Assembly (NCBI GenBank): GCA_001643675.2
Contig: LSRY02000040.1
Span: 62,001-126,000, forward strand
Reading direction: 5' to 3'
DNA: 64,000 nt
DNA from: Monocercomonoides exilis PA203
Lineage: Eukaryota > Protista > Preaxostyla
This document shows, in pieces, positions 11,558 through 26,613 of the stretch. The notes below the pieces were generated by a model that saw only the letters and a list, made by a program, of their open reading frames with translations, searched no databases and was not told the DNA's origin. Position 1 is the stretch's first letter. Each line of letters opens with the position of its first letter. Both the position numbers and the translations under genes were made by a program.

Positions 11558-14101
11558 CAGTCGGTGCCAATTCCGATCCTACGTGCAAAGCACGAACCAA
11601 GAGAGAGAAAGAGAGAATGCAATCATTTTTCGAAGTTGTTTAATATATCTTCAATTGAAGACCAAATATATTTAACTATTCGTTGAAACCAGGTATTTGG
11701 CAACATATTTAGAAATTTTCTTATGAAATAACGAACAAAGAAAATATATTTTGTTTTAGTATCATTATTTGTATCGTTAAAAATAATCGATATGAAGCAA
11801 TTCTACAAAAAGAAGACTTCAAGTTTATTCGTCAAAATGGTGTGAAGGCTGGAGTTTTATGCTGCAGTTGTATTTTGATTAGAATGTTTCTCTAATGCGT
11901 TTCTCTTTCGAATTGAATGAAGGAGAAATCTCTCTGTGGGGGCGGGGTGATCGAAACATTTTATATCGTTGCAAGAAGTTGATTTATCTTTTTTTTCATC
12001 GTCTTTGAGTATTTCAATCATTCTCTTTACTTTTTTTCTCGACACCTTTTTTTCCTTTGCTTGTTCTTTATTCATCAATTCATTAAGTTCTTGTCGACAA
12101 TGTTTATTCTTAGAATTCTTTTCAGAAGAAGATGAAGTTGGTTTATCAATTTTCGCAAGCTGCTTTTGAAGAAAATACAAATGCTCTTTTGTTGATTTAA
12201 TTTGTTTCATTTGCTCTGATTCATCCATCTCATTTGCTCCTTCTGTTGGCTTTTCTTCAGCTGTGTTTTCGTTTGTTGAATATTTTCTGTGACTAACAAT
12301 CAATGTTGGATGTTCTTTTGTTTTTTCAGAATCTTTTAGAGATGAATATTTTGAAGGTTGTGAAGAAGGTAATTGTTTGTCGCTTTGAGGAGAATAATTC
12401 CAAAACAACTCTTCTCTTCAATCTCGCGACGAAACAGAAGTTTCAGAATTGCATTTATGATTTTGTATTGGGGATCCAGATATGCGATCCAAAACTGGGG
12501 CTGCAGCAACAGGCCATACGCCCGTATTTATGAACGCAGCTTGTATAGTCGAAGGCATTATCGCAGCAGCAATTGCTTCAGGGAGTGTGTCGGCAAGGGA
12601 TGATCTGCATGAATGAATTGAAAACGGAGAAGGAATTTGAAAATTGTTATAAAGCTAAGTTTTCAAAATAAAGAAGATGAGTGAATCTCATGGTTGAAAA
12701 AGATGAGTCATGTTGGGAGGAAAGAATTTTATAATTGTGTTGTGTTCCTCTGTGGAATTTGCAACAGAATTGTCTGAATGTGTTGCATGATTATCCATTA
12801 GGAACAGGGCTTTTTGTGTCGCTGTTAGCTTAATTTTGGACACGATCCAGGGAATCCAGTTATTGATCACGATGCTTCAAAAAATCTCTTTCGTAATCCA
12901 TCCCTATGAGGAAGGAAGCACTTCAATACCGAAAGACGTAAGTGCAGGAAATTCTTCGGGTAAACATTTTGTCGGCCAAAGAAGAAATTTTCTTGGAGAT
13001 GATCCATCTACACATACACATAAACACAACATTGAATTTTGCACTTTCGGAGGAGCTAAAAAAGATGGAGGAAATTGATTTTTCGGGCTAACAATCAGTT
13101 TTCTTGAACTTTCATTCAAATTCAATGACGTTTCATCAAAATTAAATATTCTCATTGAATTAATGTTTTTTATGTATATTACGTCAGATTATTCTCCAAA
13201 CCATTGTCTGACATTCTCCTGCGATTCAGCTTCGATTTTTGATAATTCGATGGGACTCGACACTGCTGCTTGTGTAATTTCACTTCATCAAAATAGTTTG
13301 CATGTGTTCTTATCATTGAGTTTTTTTGGCTCTTTGTTTTCATTATATTCTTTTTCTAGAATATCTGCACACAAAGGAAAAAATTTATTTAAAGAAAAAA
13401 ATCAAAAAAAATAAAACCTAGTTATGCACATCATGAACTTAAATTGTTTCTTTTTCTGATTATTTCACAAGGACTTGATTTTCAATTATTTCGAGCTGGA
13501 GCGCATTAATTGTTATAGGATTCCCATCTGTTCCAACATCTCTTCCTTCCTTCTCTGCTTTTCCCCCTCTGAACCAAGCACATTTCGAAATTATGTTTTC
13601 GCCAACAACGGTTCGCTATTTCAGTGAATAATCAATGTGTAAAGCAAATATATATTTGGTTGTTGAAGGAATGGAACGATATTTGCTGGATGCGAGTTCG
13701 CGATGAGGTTGAAGAGGATAAAGTTATGTTGAGTTACTCATGATAGACGTGGTATGATCAAATGAATAATCATTGAAACTTTTGATTAGTGATGTATTTG
13801 TTAATTTTTTAATTTTTATAATTTATTTTAATTCGTAATAAAACAAATTAAATTATTTGGATTTATTTCTTTTTGTTGTGAACACAAAAAATAAAAGATT
13901 CATTGGTTTCAAAAACATCAGCCAAAATAATGAATTGTGTTCTTGTTGTTTCTTTTAATTGATTAATGATTATTCCAGATGCAACTGCCTTGGAAATATC
14001 TTTAAAAAATTCAATATAGAGATAATTTTACAGAAATGAACAAGATCAATGTTTATGCAAGGATCGGGTTTCGCACCAAGGATCGGCTTTGGCACTGACA
14101 G
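11558..14101 (-). mobile_element. Decayed pogo-like DNA transposon (Tc1/mariner superfamily)
   Basis: Imperfect ~41-bp TIRs CAGTCGGTGCCAATTCCGATCC... and the reverse complement CTGTCAGTGCCAAAGCCGATCC.... TA on both sides (11556-57, 14102-03). DDE_1 transposase relics inside. Confidence 0.85.
11857..13600 (-). pseudogene. pogo/CENP-B-like DDE_1 transposase pseudogene
   Basis: Motifs IFNFDETSL and LMDNHATHS...FFPPNMTHLFQP*D (DD35D), with several stops and frameshifts. Confidence 0.85.
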
Positions 14102-14124
14102 TAACTTGACAAATACAAAAAGAA

Positions 14125-14127
14125 AAA

Positions 14128-14202
<75 letters not shown>

Positions 14203-14203
14203 A
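14125..14203. repeat. (TAAA)n microsatellite
   Basis: Direct tandem tetranucleotide repeat. Confidence 0.95.
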
Positions 14204-14543
14204 CCTAGTTATTTTGCATCACCTTCAACAATGCTCCAAAAGCAGCAGATGCGTCAGGAATGAAAAGATGCTACGAATACACACGAGATAGGATGGCAGA
14301 CACTTTGTGGTCGATCGATGCAATCAGCGGCTGTGTTTGTAGAGAAAGCTTGTCTTCGATCTGGTTCACTCGCTCGCTCAGTGAAACAAGCTGAAGAAGG
14401 CGTGGTTTTTTTTTTTTTAATTATTTTGTAAAAAAAAAAGGAAATAAATAATAAAGGATGGGGAAAATGAGATAAATAAAACGAAAATTGATTAAAAATA
14501 AATAAATATACAAAAAGATAAAAAAAAAAATGCATTTATTTCT

Positions 14544-14581
<38 letters not shown>

Positions 14582-14613
14582 AACCAACCAACCAACCAAC
14601 CAATTCCTCCTCC

Positions 14614-17600
14614 TCAATTCCACACCGTCTGTTCCTGCCTTTCTCCCTCCGCAAACATCCCATCTGAATCATAATCTTTCATCAGCACTCCTTCCAAAGG
14701 GCGCCCCGCCTTCAGCCGGCTGAAGCCAGCAGTCGACACAGCAGCAGAAGGAGAACAGAGCAAAGGCGCTTGGGAGTCATGCGGATGAAGTTGGGAAGAA
14801 GAAGAAGAAGAAGAAGAAAGATAGGATGGTTGTTTTCGAAATGAAGAAGAAGAATAAGATGATGAAGAAGAATGAAAAGGAATTCCTATTTCTTCTGGCT
14901 TTGCAGCTGAATTTGCAGAGGAGTGGGAGAAATAAACAGGAGGTTGGAGTCTTGTCACAGAGCGAGAGGGAAGTTGGAAGTATTGCTTGTTTGAGGGGGT
15001 TGTGAATGGCGGATAAGCAGAAGAAGAAGAAGAAGAAGAAGAAGAAATAGAAGAAGAAGAATATGGAGAAGGAGAAGAAGAGGGGAAGGAAGAAGAAGAG
15101 GAGGAGGAGGAAGGAGGAAGAAGAAGCGAAGGAGGAGGAGGGGGAGGAGGATATGCAACTGAGGATGTTGGCATTCTCTCTTCAACTGCATTCTCAGAAT
15201 AGAATCTGGAGGAAGAGGAAGAGGAAGAAGAAAACGGAGAAGGAGAAGGAGAACGAGAAGAAGAAGAAGAGGAGGAGGAGGAAGAAGAAGGAAAAGAAGG
15301 ACGCAAATAATTCACTCCAAAAGGACGATGCGCAGAAAGCCAGCGAGACGAAGGAGGAGCAGTCGAAGTTGTCTGCATTGCAATGGGCAGCTGGTCAAAC
15401 CCTTCTGAAAAAAAATATTAGAATTTAAATGAGAATTAAATTGTGAATTTCAAAAAGAATTCAAATGAAAATTTAATTGTTATTCAAATTGTCAAAAAAA
15501 GATCGTGAATAAAATGGTGAATTTAAATTAAAATCAAAAAAAGAATTTCAAAAAGAATAAAAATAAGAATACAAATTGGAATTTAAATGCGAAATAAAAA
15601 TAAGAATGCGAATTCAAACGAGAATTTGACTGCAAATTTGGCTGCATTTGCATTCGGCTCAATCTCTGTGTCTGATACGGCTTTTCTTCCTGTTCGTATT
15701 TTAAGCTTTTTCTTTGTGAATCCAAATGTGTTTGTGCTAATCGCTCTGTTTTGCGAGGCGTTTGAAGACGAGAAGCAGAAAAAACATTCATTTCGCCTCG
15801 TTTTGAGTTAAATTTTTGATTTTCTTTGCTTTTTTTCTGGTTTGTTTTGAGAGAAGAATGATGTTTTGTATGTTTTTTATTGTGAGAACGAGAAAAACGA
15901 GGAGAAAGAGAAGAAGAAGAAGAAGAAGAAGAAGAAGAAGAAGAAGAAGATGATGATGATGATGATGGTGATGGTGAAGAAGAAGATGAATGTGAATGTG
16001 AATGTGAATGTTTGTGTGAAGTGGAATGATAACTTTTATCAAAATTTGGTTTTTTGCTGCTTTTTCTGCTTAAAACGTCTTTTGAAGATGAAAAATTGTC
16101 AGATTGAGATGAAAAATACGAAGAAGTTGTGGAAGTAGAAATCGAAGAAGAAGAAGAAGAAGAGGAAGAAGTTTCACTTAATTCATCACGATCATGATCA
16201 TCTTCTTCTTCTTCTCTAATATGATGATGATTTTTGTGATATTTGCTATGTTTGCGATGATGCCTCTTCATCTTCTTATTCTTTTCATTCTTCTTTCTCT
16301 TTCTCTCTTTCTCCTTTTCCAAGTCATCATCATCATCTTCTTCTTCTTCGCTTTCATCCAATCCATTTCTTCTTCTTCTTCTTTCTGAATGATTTTTATG
16401 ACGTTTCCATTCATTTTCTTTCACATTTTTTGATTTGCTTGATTTAAACTCTTTCCTTTCTTCTTCTTCTTTCTCTTCTTCTTCTTCTCTTCCCAAAATT
16501 TCTGGTTTTTCTTCTCTTTTCCCTCTGTTTTTCGTTCTCCTTTTCGTAGCTTTCCCTTCTCCTTCCTCTCTTTTCTTCAGTGTGTTCTTCAATTCTTCCA
16601 TTTCACTTTGCATTTTTCGTGTTTCATTCAAAATGTCTTCTTCTAACTGCTTCTGCTTCTGCCTCAACTCATTTATTTCTTCCTCTTTCTTTCTGTTTTC
16701 TTCTTTCAATCTCCTTTCTTCCCTCCTCCTCCTCCTTTCTTCCCTTTCTTCTTTCTCCTTCTTCTCCTTCTCTTCTCTCTTTATCTCTTCTTCTTCCTCC
16801 TCTTCTTCTTTCTTCTTCTTCTTCATTCCCATCGTATTCATTCTCGTTCTCGGCACTTTCATTTCTGTTTGTCTGTCTGAAACAGACACAACTGGACTCA
16901 ACGAAGACAAAAGCGCAGACAAAGGCGGGGTTCCCACTGAAGGCTGGGAAAAGAGAGAAGAAGAAGAAGAAGAGGAGGAGGAGGAGGAAGAAGAAGAAGA
17001 AGGCGAAATGAATTGATTGGAAGGGGTGGAGACAGATGAGAAAGAAGAAGGCTGAAAAGAAAGAGATTTAACTGCTGAAGTAGCAAAAGAAGAAGAAGAA
17101 GAAGCAATTTTCTTGTCTTCTTCTTCTCCTTCTCCTTCTCTTTCTCTTTCTCTTTCCTTTTCTGTCTGAATGTGTTCTGGCGGTGTTAAAGTGTGAAATG
17201 GAGTGGGAGAAGGGTAAGAAGGAAGAGAAAAGGCATCCGGAGTGGCTTCGACATTTAGCTGAGTTGAGGAATATTTTGAAGAGGAGAAAGAAGAAGAAGA
17301 AGAAGATGATGATGATGATGATGAAGGAGAAGGTGTAATGTGTATTGATCGAGGTGTATGAACACGTGGAGTGGTAGAAGAAGAAGAAGAATTCGAAGGT
17401 TTAACAGCAAAAGGAGGAGGCGGCGGCGGAGGAAGCAGAAGTGTTGCATGTGGAACAAATGGCGTGGGTTCACACGAAAACACAGAAGGAACAACACCAA
17501 ATTCATTTTGCGTGTTTAGCGCACTGCTTTGCAGGTTTCTATTGCTTTTAACACTTTTTACGCTTTTTATGCTTTTTACACTTTCTCTTTCTTCTCTCAG

Positions 17601-18824
17601 AGTTCGATGCGTTTTGATTGTATTTGCAGCATCTTCTGCCTCTTTGTGTGAGCGATGTGTTCGAGTGGGCAAAGCAGAAGAAGGTGAAGGAGAAGGAGAA
17701 GAAAAAGAAGAGGAGGAAGAGGAGGAAGAGGAAGAAGAATCAGGTTTTTTGTGTGAAGTGCGTGGATGCACAGATGAAGTGAGGGATTCAGGCAAAATGG
17801 AGTGCTGAAGCATTGTTTGTGTGTTTCTCTGCTTCACTTTGGAATGTCTGGCTGTTGAAGAAAAAGCAGATGATTTGTGAGAATTTTGAGATCTGTTTGT
17901 TTTTGGTGTCATATTTTTCGATTTATTTCGTTCATTTTCTTTCTTTTTCCATCCTTTTCTGTTGTCATCATCTTCTTCATTTTCTTCATCTTCATCTTCA
18001 AATGACGCTTCCATTCCAGACAATCCATCGCTTATTTCTTCTTCCGAAAGAGGAGATTTCAAATGGCTGTAATGTTTTTCTTCGAATGATTCTGAAGAAG
18101 ACTCATAAGAAGATGCAGATGTTGTGGTATCTGCTGAAATGCCAGAAATTGAAGCTGATTTCTGAAAGCTCACAGTTTTTGTTCTATGCAACACAGGCGA
18201 AGGAGAGAATTTAGGTGCTTTCAATGAAGAATTTAGATCGTATTCGCTCGAAGAAGAAGACGATAAAGAACTTGAATCTGAATCAGAATTTGAATCGTCA
18301 TCTGAAGAAGAAAGTGGCTTTTTACGAGTCGAAGATGAACTCTGTTTTCCCATCTTCACTGAAGGTGTTGGAGGAAGATTTTGAGCAGTGTGAGAAGCAG
18401 GAAATGATGGCAAACATGGAGAAGAATGGTGAGGCAAAGGTCTTTCAACTGGAGATGTTGAATTAGGAAGTTTCGGAGCAGGTGAAGAATAAGTGCTTTG
18501 CAAAAGCATTGGCTTATGCGTATTTTGATCTGTGATTTCGCGGTTTGTTTGCGGCAATTCAGAATAAGATTCAAATTTATCGTTTAAAATTCTTCTTTCA
18601 GAATCTTGTTCTGGAGAAAAGGTCGGTAAATCATAATCAGGAGGTGTTGCTGTTATTGCAGTTCGCCAACCGGGAAATGGGGAAGGAACTTCATCACCCC
18701 CTTGGCCATTCTTTCGTGGATTTGCAAGATCTTCGAAATGAAGTGGTCTTGAGGTAGTAGTTGCTTCTCTTCTAGACCTTGGGGTCTTTTGTGATTTTAA
18801 ACTTTTTCTGCTTTCTCTATCCAT
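14614..18824 (-). CDS. Large Ser/Glu/Lys-rich low-complexity hypothetical protein (exons ~18824-15620 and 15404-14614)
   Basis: The 1096-aa and 254-aa ORFs join in frame through a GTTTGA...TTTCAG intron (NS-Q-GFDQLPIAMQ). Central charged coiled-coil-like region. Confidence 0.65.
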
Positions 18825-18913
18825 CGTTTAACTTTATTGGGTATGTTGCAATAAAAAAGTTTAAACTTGACAAAAAGCGTATTAAGGACTTTGATCAAAG
18901 ATTATTGTTTAAG

Positions 18914-19784
18914 ATGAGCCTCACCGATCAGAAATTGAAAGAAAACATTCAATCACAACTCGGCAGATTAACAAATCAACTTTCTGATTTGGATGAAATG
19001 AAAGATGACATGGAGCCTGATGAATACGAATCGATGAAAGAAGATACAATGCAACAATTTAAAGAATTCAGCGATTCTCTTACAAAGATGGCAGAAGGCG
19101 ATATGACATTGATCGATGAATTGAGTTCAATGCGTCTTGCCATCCAGGCTGCAATTTCAGCTGCCTTTAAGACACCAGAAGGTTTTTTAATTTGATAATG
19201 TTTTTTGAAGCTTGCGCATTTATTAAATGCTTTCTCTTATTTTCAGTTATCAGGCTGTTTGCTAAGCGTGAGCCTGCTCAATTGCGTCAGCATTTGGAGC
19301 AACACAAGGTTTTATTCCTCCTTCACTTTTTTTTTAAAATTTTCATATTTTGTCAATTTTGTGTATGCTCCTTAGAGAGATTTTCATTTGCAAAAAATAT
19401 CAGAAGATGTTTATAATGCGCGTGCTGTTGAAATTCTTGTTGCTTTGAAAGGTCTTGGAGAGGCTCTTACTCCAGCTGAAGAGGAACTTTTGAGTAAGCA
19501 TGGTAGCGATTCAATGGCTCAGTTCGCAGTCGCAACTGATAAATTAGGTTTGAATTTAGTATTCTTTTTTGTTGCTCTGTTTTTACTGATTGAAAATTTC
19601 ACTTTTCTCCGTACTTATCATTATTCAAAATTTTTTTACAAAAAATTTTTTCACTGAATCTCAACTTTGTTTTTTAATATTTATTTTATTTTATTTTATT
19701 TTATTTTATTTTATTTTTTCAGGAGAAGGAGCTGTCCTGAAGGCAGCTGGATCCCAAGTCCGTTCTGCACAGAAGAAAGAGTAA
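18914..19784 (+). CDS. LZIC: LZIC (leucine zipper and CTNNBIP1/ICAT domain protein); exons 18914-19181, 19247-19308, 19376-19547, 19723-19784
   Basis: The spliced product KLKENIQSQLGRL...[36 protein letters not shown]...VEILVALKGLGEALT matches the LZIC signature. Confidence 0.92.
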
Positions 19785-20381
19785 ATATGATAATTCATAA
19801 ATACAAACATCACAACATTCTTAGAATTTTTTTTTTTTTGAAAATTTGGTTTTATTTTTATCATTAAATTAATCTATTTTTCTTCTCATCTTCTTTTTAT
19901 TCATCTTCCTCAACAAGAGGCGAACTTGTTTGTGTTTATGAAGGAAATATGAATAATGTGAAGAAAAGGAACAAAAATGGTCTCTGAGATAAAAATTTTT
20001 GGTGGAAAAGAGAGGGAGAAAATGTCATATGAATAGATAAATAGAAGATACAATGAGAACAACTCTGAATGGTGGTGAAATAAAAAATAAAATAAAAATA
20101 AAAATAAAAAATAAAAGGAAGAGAAACAAAAAGAAAGTGAAAGTGTTTGAAAAAGAGAGGGAAAAAATGAAGAAGAATAAGAAGAAGATAGTTAAAAAGT
20201 GAGTAACAATTCAATATGATTAATTTTTTTTTGTTAAAAAGAAAAAAACCACCATATAAAATGACTAACATATAAAAATAGAAACGTCCAACAGATCATT
20301 CTATATTTTATTATTATTATTATTATTTATTTGATTTCACTCCATTTAAATCAAATGAATTTCCTTTTATTTAATTATGTT

Positions 20382-21605
20382 TTAGAGATCAATATGTTTA
20401 TCTGTTCTAATATTGTTTGTGTTCCCTTCATTATTCTTCTCCTTCTTCTCTTTTTCTTCTTCTCCTTTCTTCCTCTTCTCTTCCTGTTCCATCTCCTTCT
20501 CTCTCAAAAACTCTTCCTCCGCCTTCCTCTTCTTCTCCATTGTCTCCTCCAGCACCTCCTTCTCAAAGCATTCGTTCATCCATTTAACCTGCTGGTTAAA
20601 CTCCTCCACCACATCGCCATACAACCCATCAAACGCATTCCCTTCCTCCTCAAACAAAAGCAGCCTCGACTTACACCCCACTTTCTGCAGAGAAGTAAAG
20701 CAATTCACACTCTCCCCTACTGGATATTGCTTGTCTTTGACTCCGCAGCTGATCAATTGCGGTGTGTTCCATTTCCCTTTCCCTTCCATTCGGCAGGGCG
20801 ACTGCTTGTCAAACACCTCCCTCGCTTCATACGGGTTCTTTCCTTCAAATTCGCTGCTCAGAAACAGCTGGTTGTCGGAATAATAATAAAAACCTGTCAA
20901 ATCCCACACACACGAGCGAGTCAAAATCACATTAAATGGGTTTTTCTCTTTTTTCACCTGTGACTGAAACACATTTGCCACATACCCGCCATACGAACAG
21001 CCCAAAATAGCAGTCTTTTCTGGGTTGATGTATTCATAGGCTGTTATCAAATACTCCCTCACTTTCAGCACATCAAAAGGAGCAGTTTCGGACCAGGAGG
21101 AAATAACTGAGCTGCGGAATTTCCTTCCATACGATTCGCTCCCATGATAATTTGGCAGGGCAACTGCTATTCCCTTTTGGGAGAATGGGTGCGGAGACTG
21201 AAAAGCGGAAAATTCGTCCGCCCAGCACGAATGCGGGTGTTTATTGGCAATGATCAGAAGAGGAATGGACTGTGGCTGGGTCAAATCAGCATTCTCGGGT
21301 GGAATGTACCAGAAATGGAATTCTTCATTGTTTTTGCCTTTCACAGTCAAATCAAGCATATCGTGTATGACTGGATATACATCTTCTATTTTCTGTTTGT
21401 TTATGTCTGTTAACTGCTTCTCTTTGAGTGAAGAAACAGAACATGAATAAACATCATTGGGATGAGAAGAAGAGGACTTTAAATAAATCAGTTGATCATT
21501 GCCAACAAAATGAGGCTGGCTGACTGAAAAGAAAGGAAGAGAGATTTTGATCGTGCCATCATCTGCATCGATAATGCTGGCATATTCTGAGAAAGAGAGA
21601 GAGAA

Positions 21606-21636
<31 letters not shown>

Positions 21637-21857
21637 AAGAGAGAAAGAGAGAAAGAGAGAGAAATAGAAGAATACAAATATTAGCATTAATGTAATGAAG
21701 AAAATAAATAAATAATTAATAATTATTCATAAAATGATAGGCAAATAAAATATTATTCAAAAAAATAATTTTGACAAAATATATTTCTCATATTTCTTTC
21801 TGTCTCTTTCTCTTTTATAAAAATCATAAAAATAAATTCAAAAATATTATTTTCTTC

Positions 21858-21951
<94 letters not shown>

Positions 21952-23253
21952 TTCTCATCCAATCACACTTCTTCCTTCTCTATATGCCGTGAACACCAGC
22001 CAATTCCTGTGATACGCACTCCACTCGAGTGTCTCTATCTTGTACTCCATCGTCGGCAGGTATTCCTTCTTCTCTCTCGTAAACAGATCCACCACTGCCA
22101 CAAGCGGATATTCCCCTTCGTCAGCATCAGAAGAGGTTGACAAATAAGAAAGAAATCGCCCCGTTGATGAGAAATTCGGAGTGTGTTTCATTCCACTCTC
22201 CCCCATTGTCAGACACATGTTGGTTCCTTCTTTTTCTTCTTCTCCTTCTTTATTCTCCTTCTCTGCAATGTGATACAAATAAAGATGCTTTCTAATAGAC
22301 CTCTGCGCTTGCTCCTTCGGCGCCATCGAATAGCAGATCAAGTCCTCGTTCGGAGAAATTGCAAACCCATCATCCACATCTCCATTAAACTCCGAGCACA
22401 CATCCACAGGCGCTGCTGAGAAGTCGTAGTGAACTTCGCCTTCGGCTGGTGCTGTTTGCTTCACCCGCACAAAGAACAAGTGGGTGACTTTGCCCTAATT
22501 GAACAAAGAAATAGGAATTATCAAAATATTGAGAATGATCAAAATATTAAAATTTGAAATTCATTTGTTATTTTTTTTAATAAAACAAATAATAGCAACA
22601 GAAAAAGAAATGTGTTGAATAGATAAAAAAATTTTTTAAAGATCAAAAGCAAACGTCTGTAAAGCGATCATTTTTGTAAAGCGGTTCAGAATCAAATGCA
22701 ATTGCATCTGATTTGTATGGTGCTTTTTGGTTATCAAAATCCCTTGTTTGAGTCATTGTCATTTCAGGATAAACTGATGCTGTAAAAGCAAATACGTTCC
22801 CTTTTTTGCTCCAGTGAAGAGATGAAATTGGCAATGGGTAAGTTACTAAAACTGTTTCAGTTTTCTTCGCAATGTCATATAATCGAACGGATTTACTACC
22901 ATCGTTGCTAGTTGTGAAAAGAAAACTTTTTGAGTCTGGTGACCAAATATATTGCGAAGGTTTCAAAAGTTCAAATTCAGCAATTGTTTCAGGATTTTGA
23001 TCTTCTATTTTTTGCAAATAGCAATGTTGAGTAATTTCATTTGTTGCACTATTCCATTCTGTGCTTGAGAAAGAAAATTTCTAATATCACAGAATTAAAA
23101 GCAAATTAATACAAAAAACAAATAAAAAAATACTTTTCCATCAGGTGACGGAATAAGCGTTTTGATCTGTTCAAATTCCATGTTCTTTTCAATGGTAAGT
23201 GGACCTTTGTCCGAAAAGCATGCGGCAATTAGCAAATAAATTGCACAAAACAT
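20382..23253 (-). CDS. S9 family (acylaminoacyl / dipeptidyl-peptidase V-like) peptidase homolog with signal peptide; four exons
   Basis: N-terminus MFCAIYLLIAACFS. Propeller repeats SPDGK, WSPDSK, ISPNED. Motifs PNYHGSESYG, GCSYGGY, TPQLISCGVKD. The catalytic His position reads EEEGN. Confidence 0.88.
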
Positions 23254-23530
23254 TAAAAATGCTCAACAACAATAACCGAAAGAAAATGTTAAGGCTTGAT
23301 CCTATAAGATTTAGAAAATTCCTGAAAATTATATGTCATTTGTTTTTAAACATTAAAATGCATGAACGATGGATTGAAGCAACATTTTTCGAACCATATT
23401 TGTATATCTCAAATCATTTGTTCAAATAGAAAACAGCAATGTCGGATAAACTGATTGGTGTTGTATGAAGCCTTTTTGAATACATGGATTCAAGTTGAAT
23501 TTATTTTTAATTTTCAACATGTAAACAAAG

Positions 23531-26065
<2,535 letters not shown>

Positions 26066-26396
26066 TTCAATTAGAAGAACATATTTTATTTTATTTGATT
26101 TTTTTTATCAAGTAATTATTATAAAATAATAGAAATAAATATATACGATAAAATATCTCGAATGAAGAATACAACTTTTTGGCTTAAAAAATATTGAAGT
26201 GGACATTTTTATCTGTTTTATTCAAAAACAGTTATAAGCTTAAATGATTCTATTTGACTTATTACAAATAAAATTATCTGTTTTCTTTTCACGCTGTGTT
26301 TGAAAATCATCCAACAACAATTGGAATAACTTGCTTGTCCATCAATGCTCAACATATGTTGGCGTATTTTATCAGTTTTCTTTTCAGTTTCCAAAG

Positions 26397-26457
<61 letters not shown>
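26397..26457 (+). repeat. Poly(A) tract (61 nt)
   Basis: Direct observation. Confidence 0.95.
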
Positions 26458-26462
<5 letters not shown>

Positions 26463-26613
26463 TATTTTTTTATTTCAATTCATAAACAATTGCAAATCTC
26501 TCTTTCTGTACACAAAACAACTGAAAAAACTACAAAACTTCAAAATCAAGCAAGCAAGAAAGAAAGAAGTTTACAGCGAAATAAATAGAAATGGGTGATT
26601 ATTTTTGATGTTA

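Noticed and set aside
21950-21975. Non-canonical GA donor in the S9 gene
   Set aside because: A canonical GTGTGA donor a few nt upstream gives the same phase.
26296-26598. Poly-Lys ORFs or a retroposon tail
   Set aside because: They derive from the poly(A) tract. No TSD or recognisable SINE/LINE body was found.
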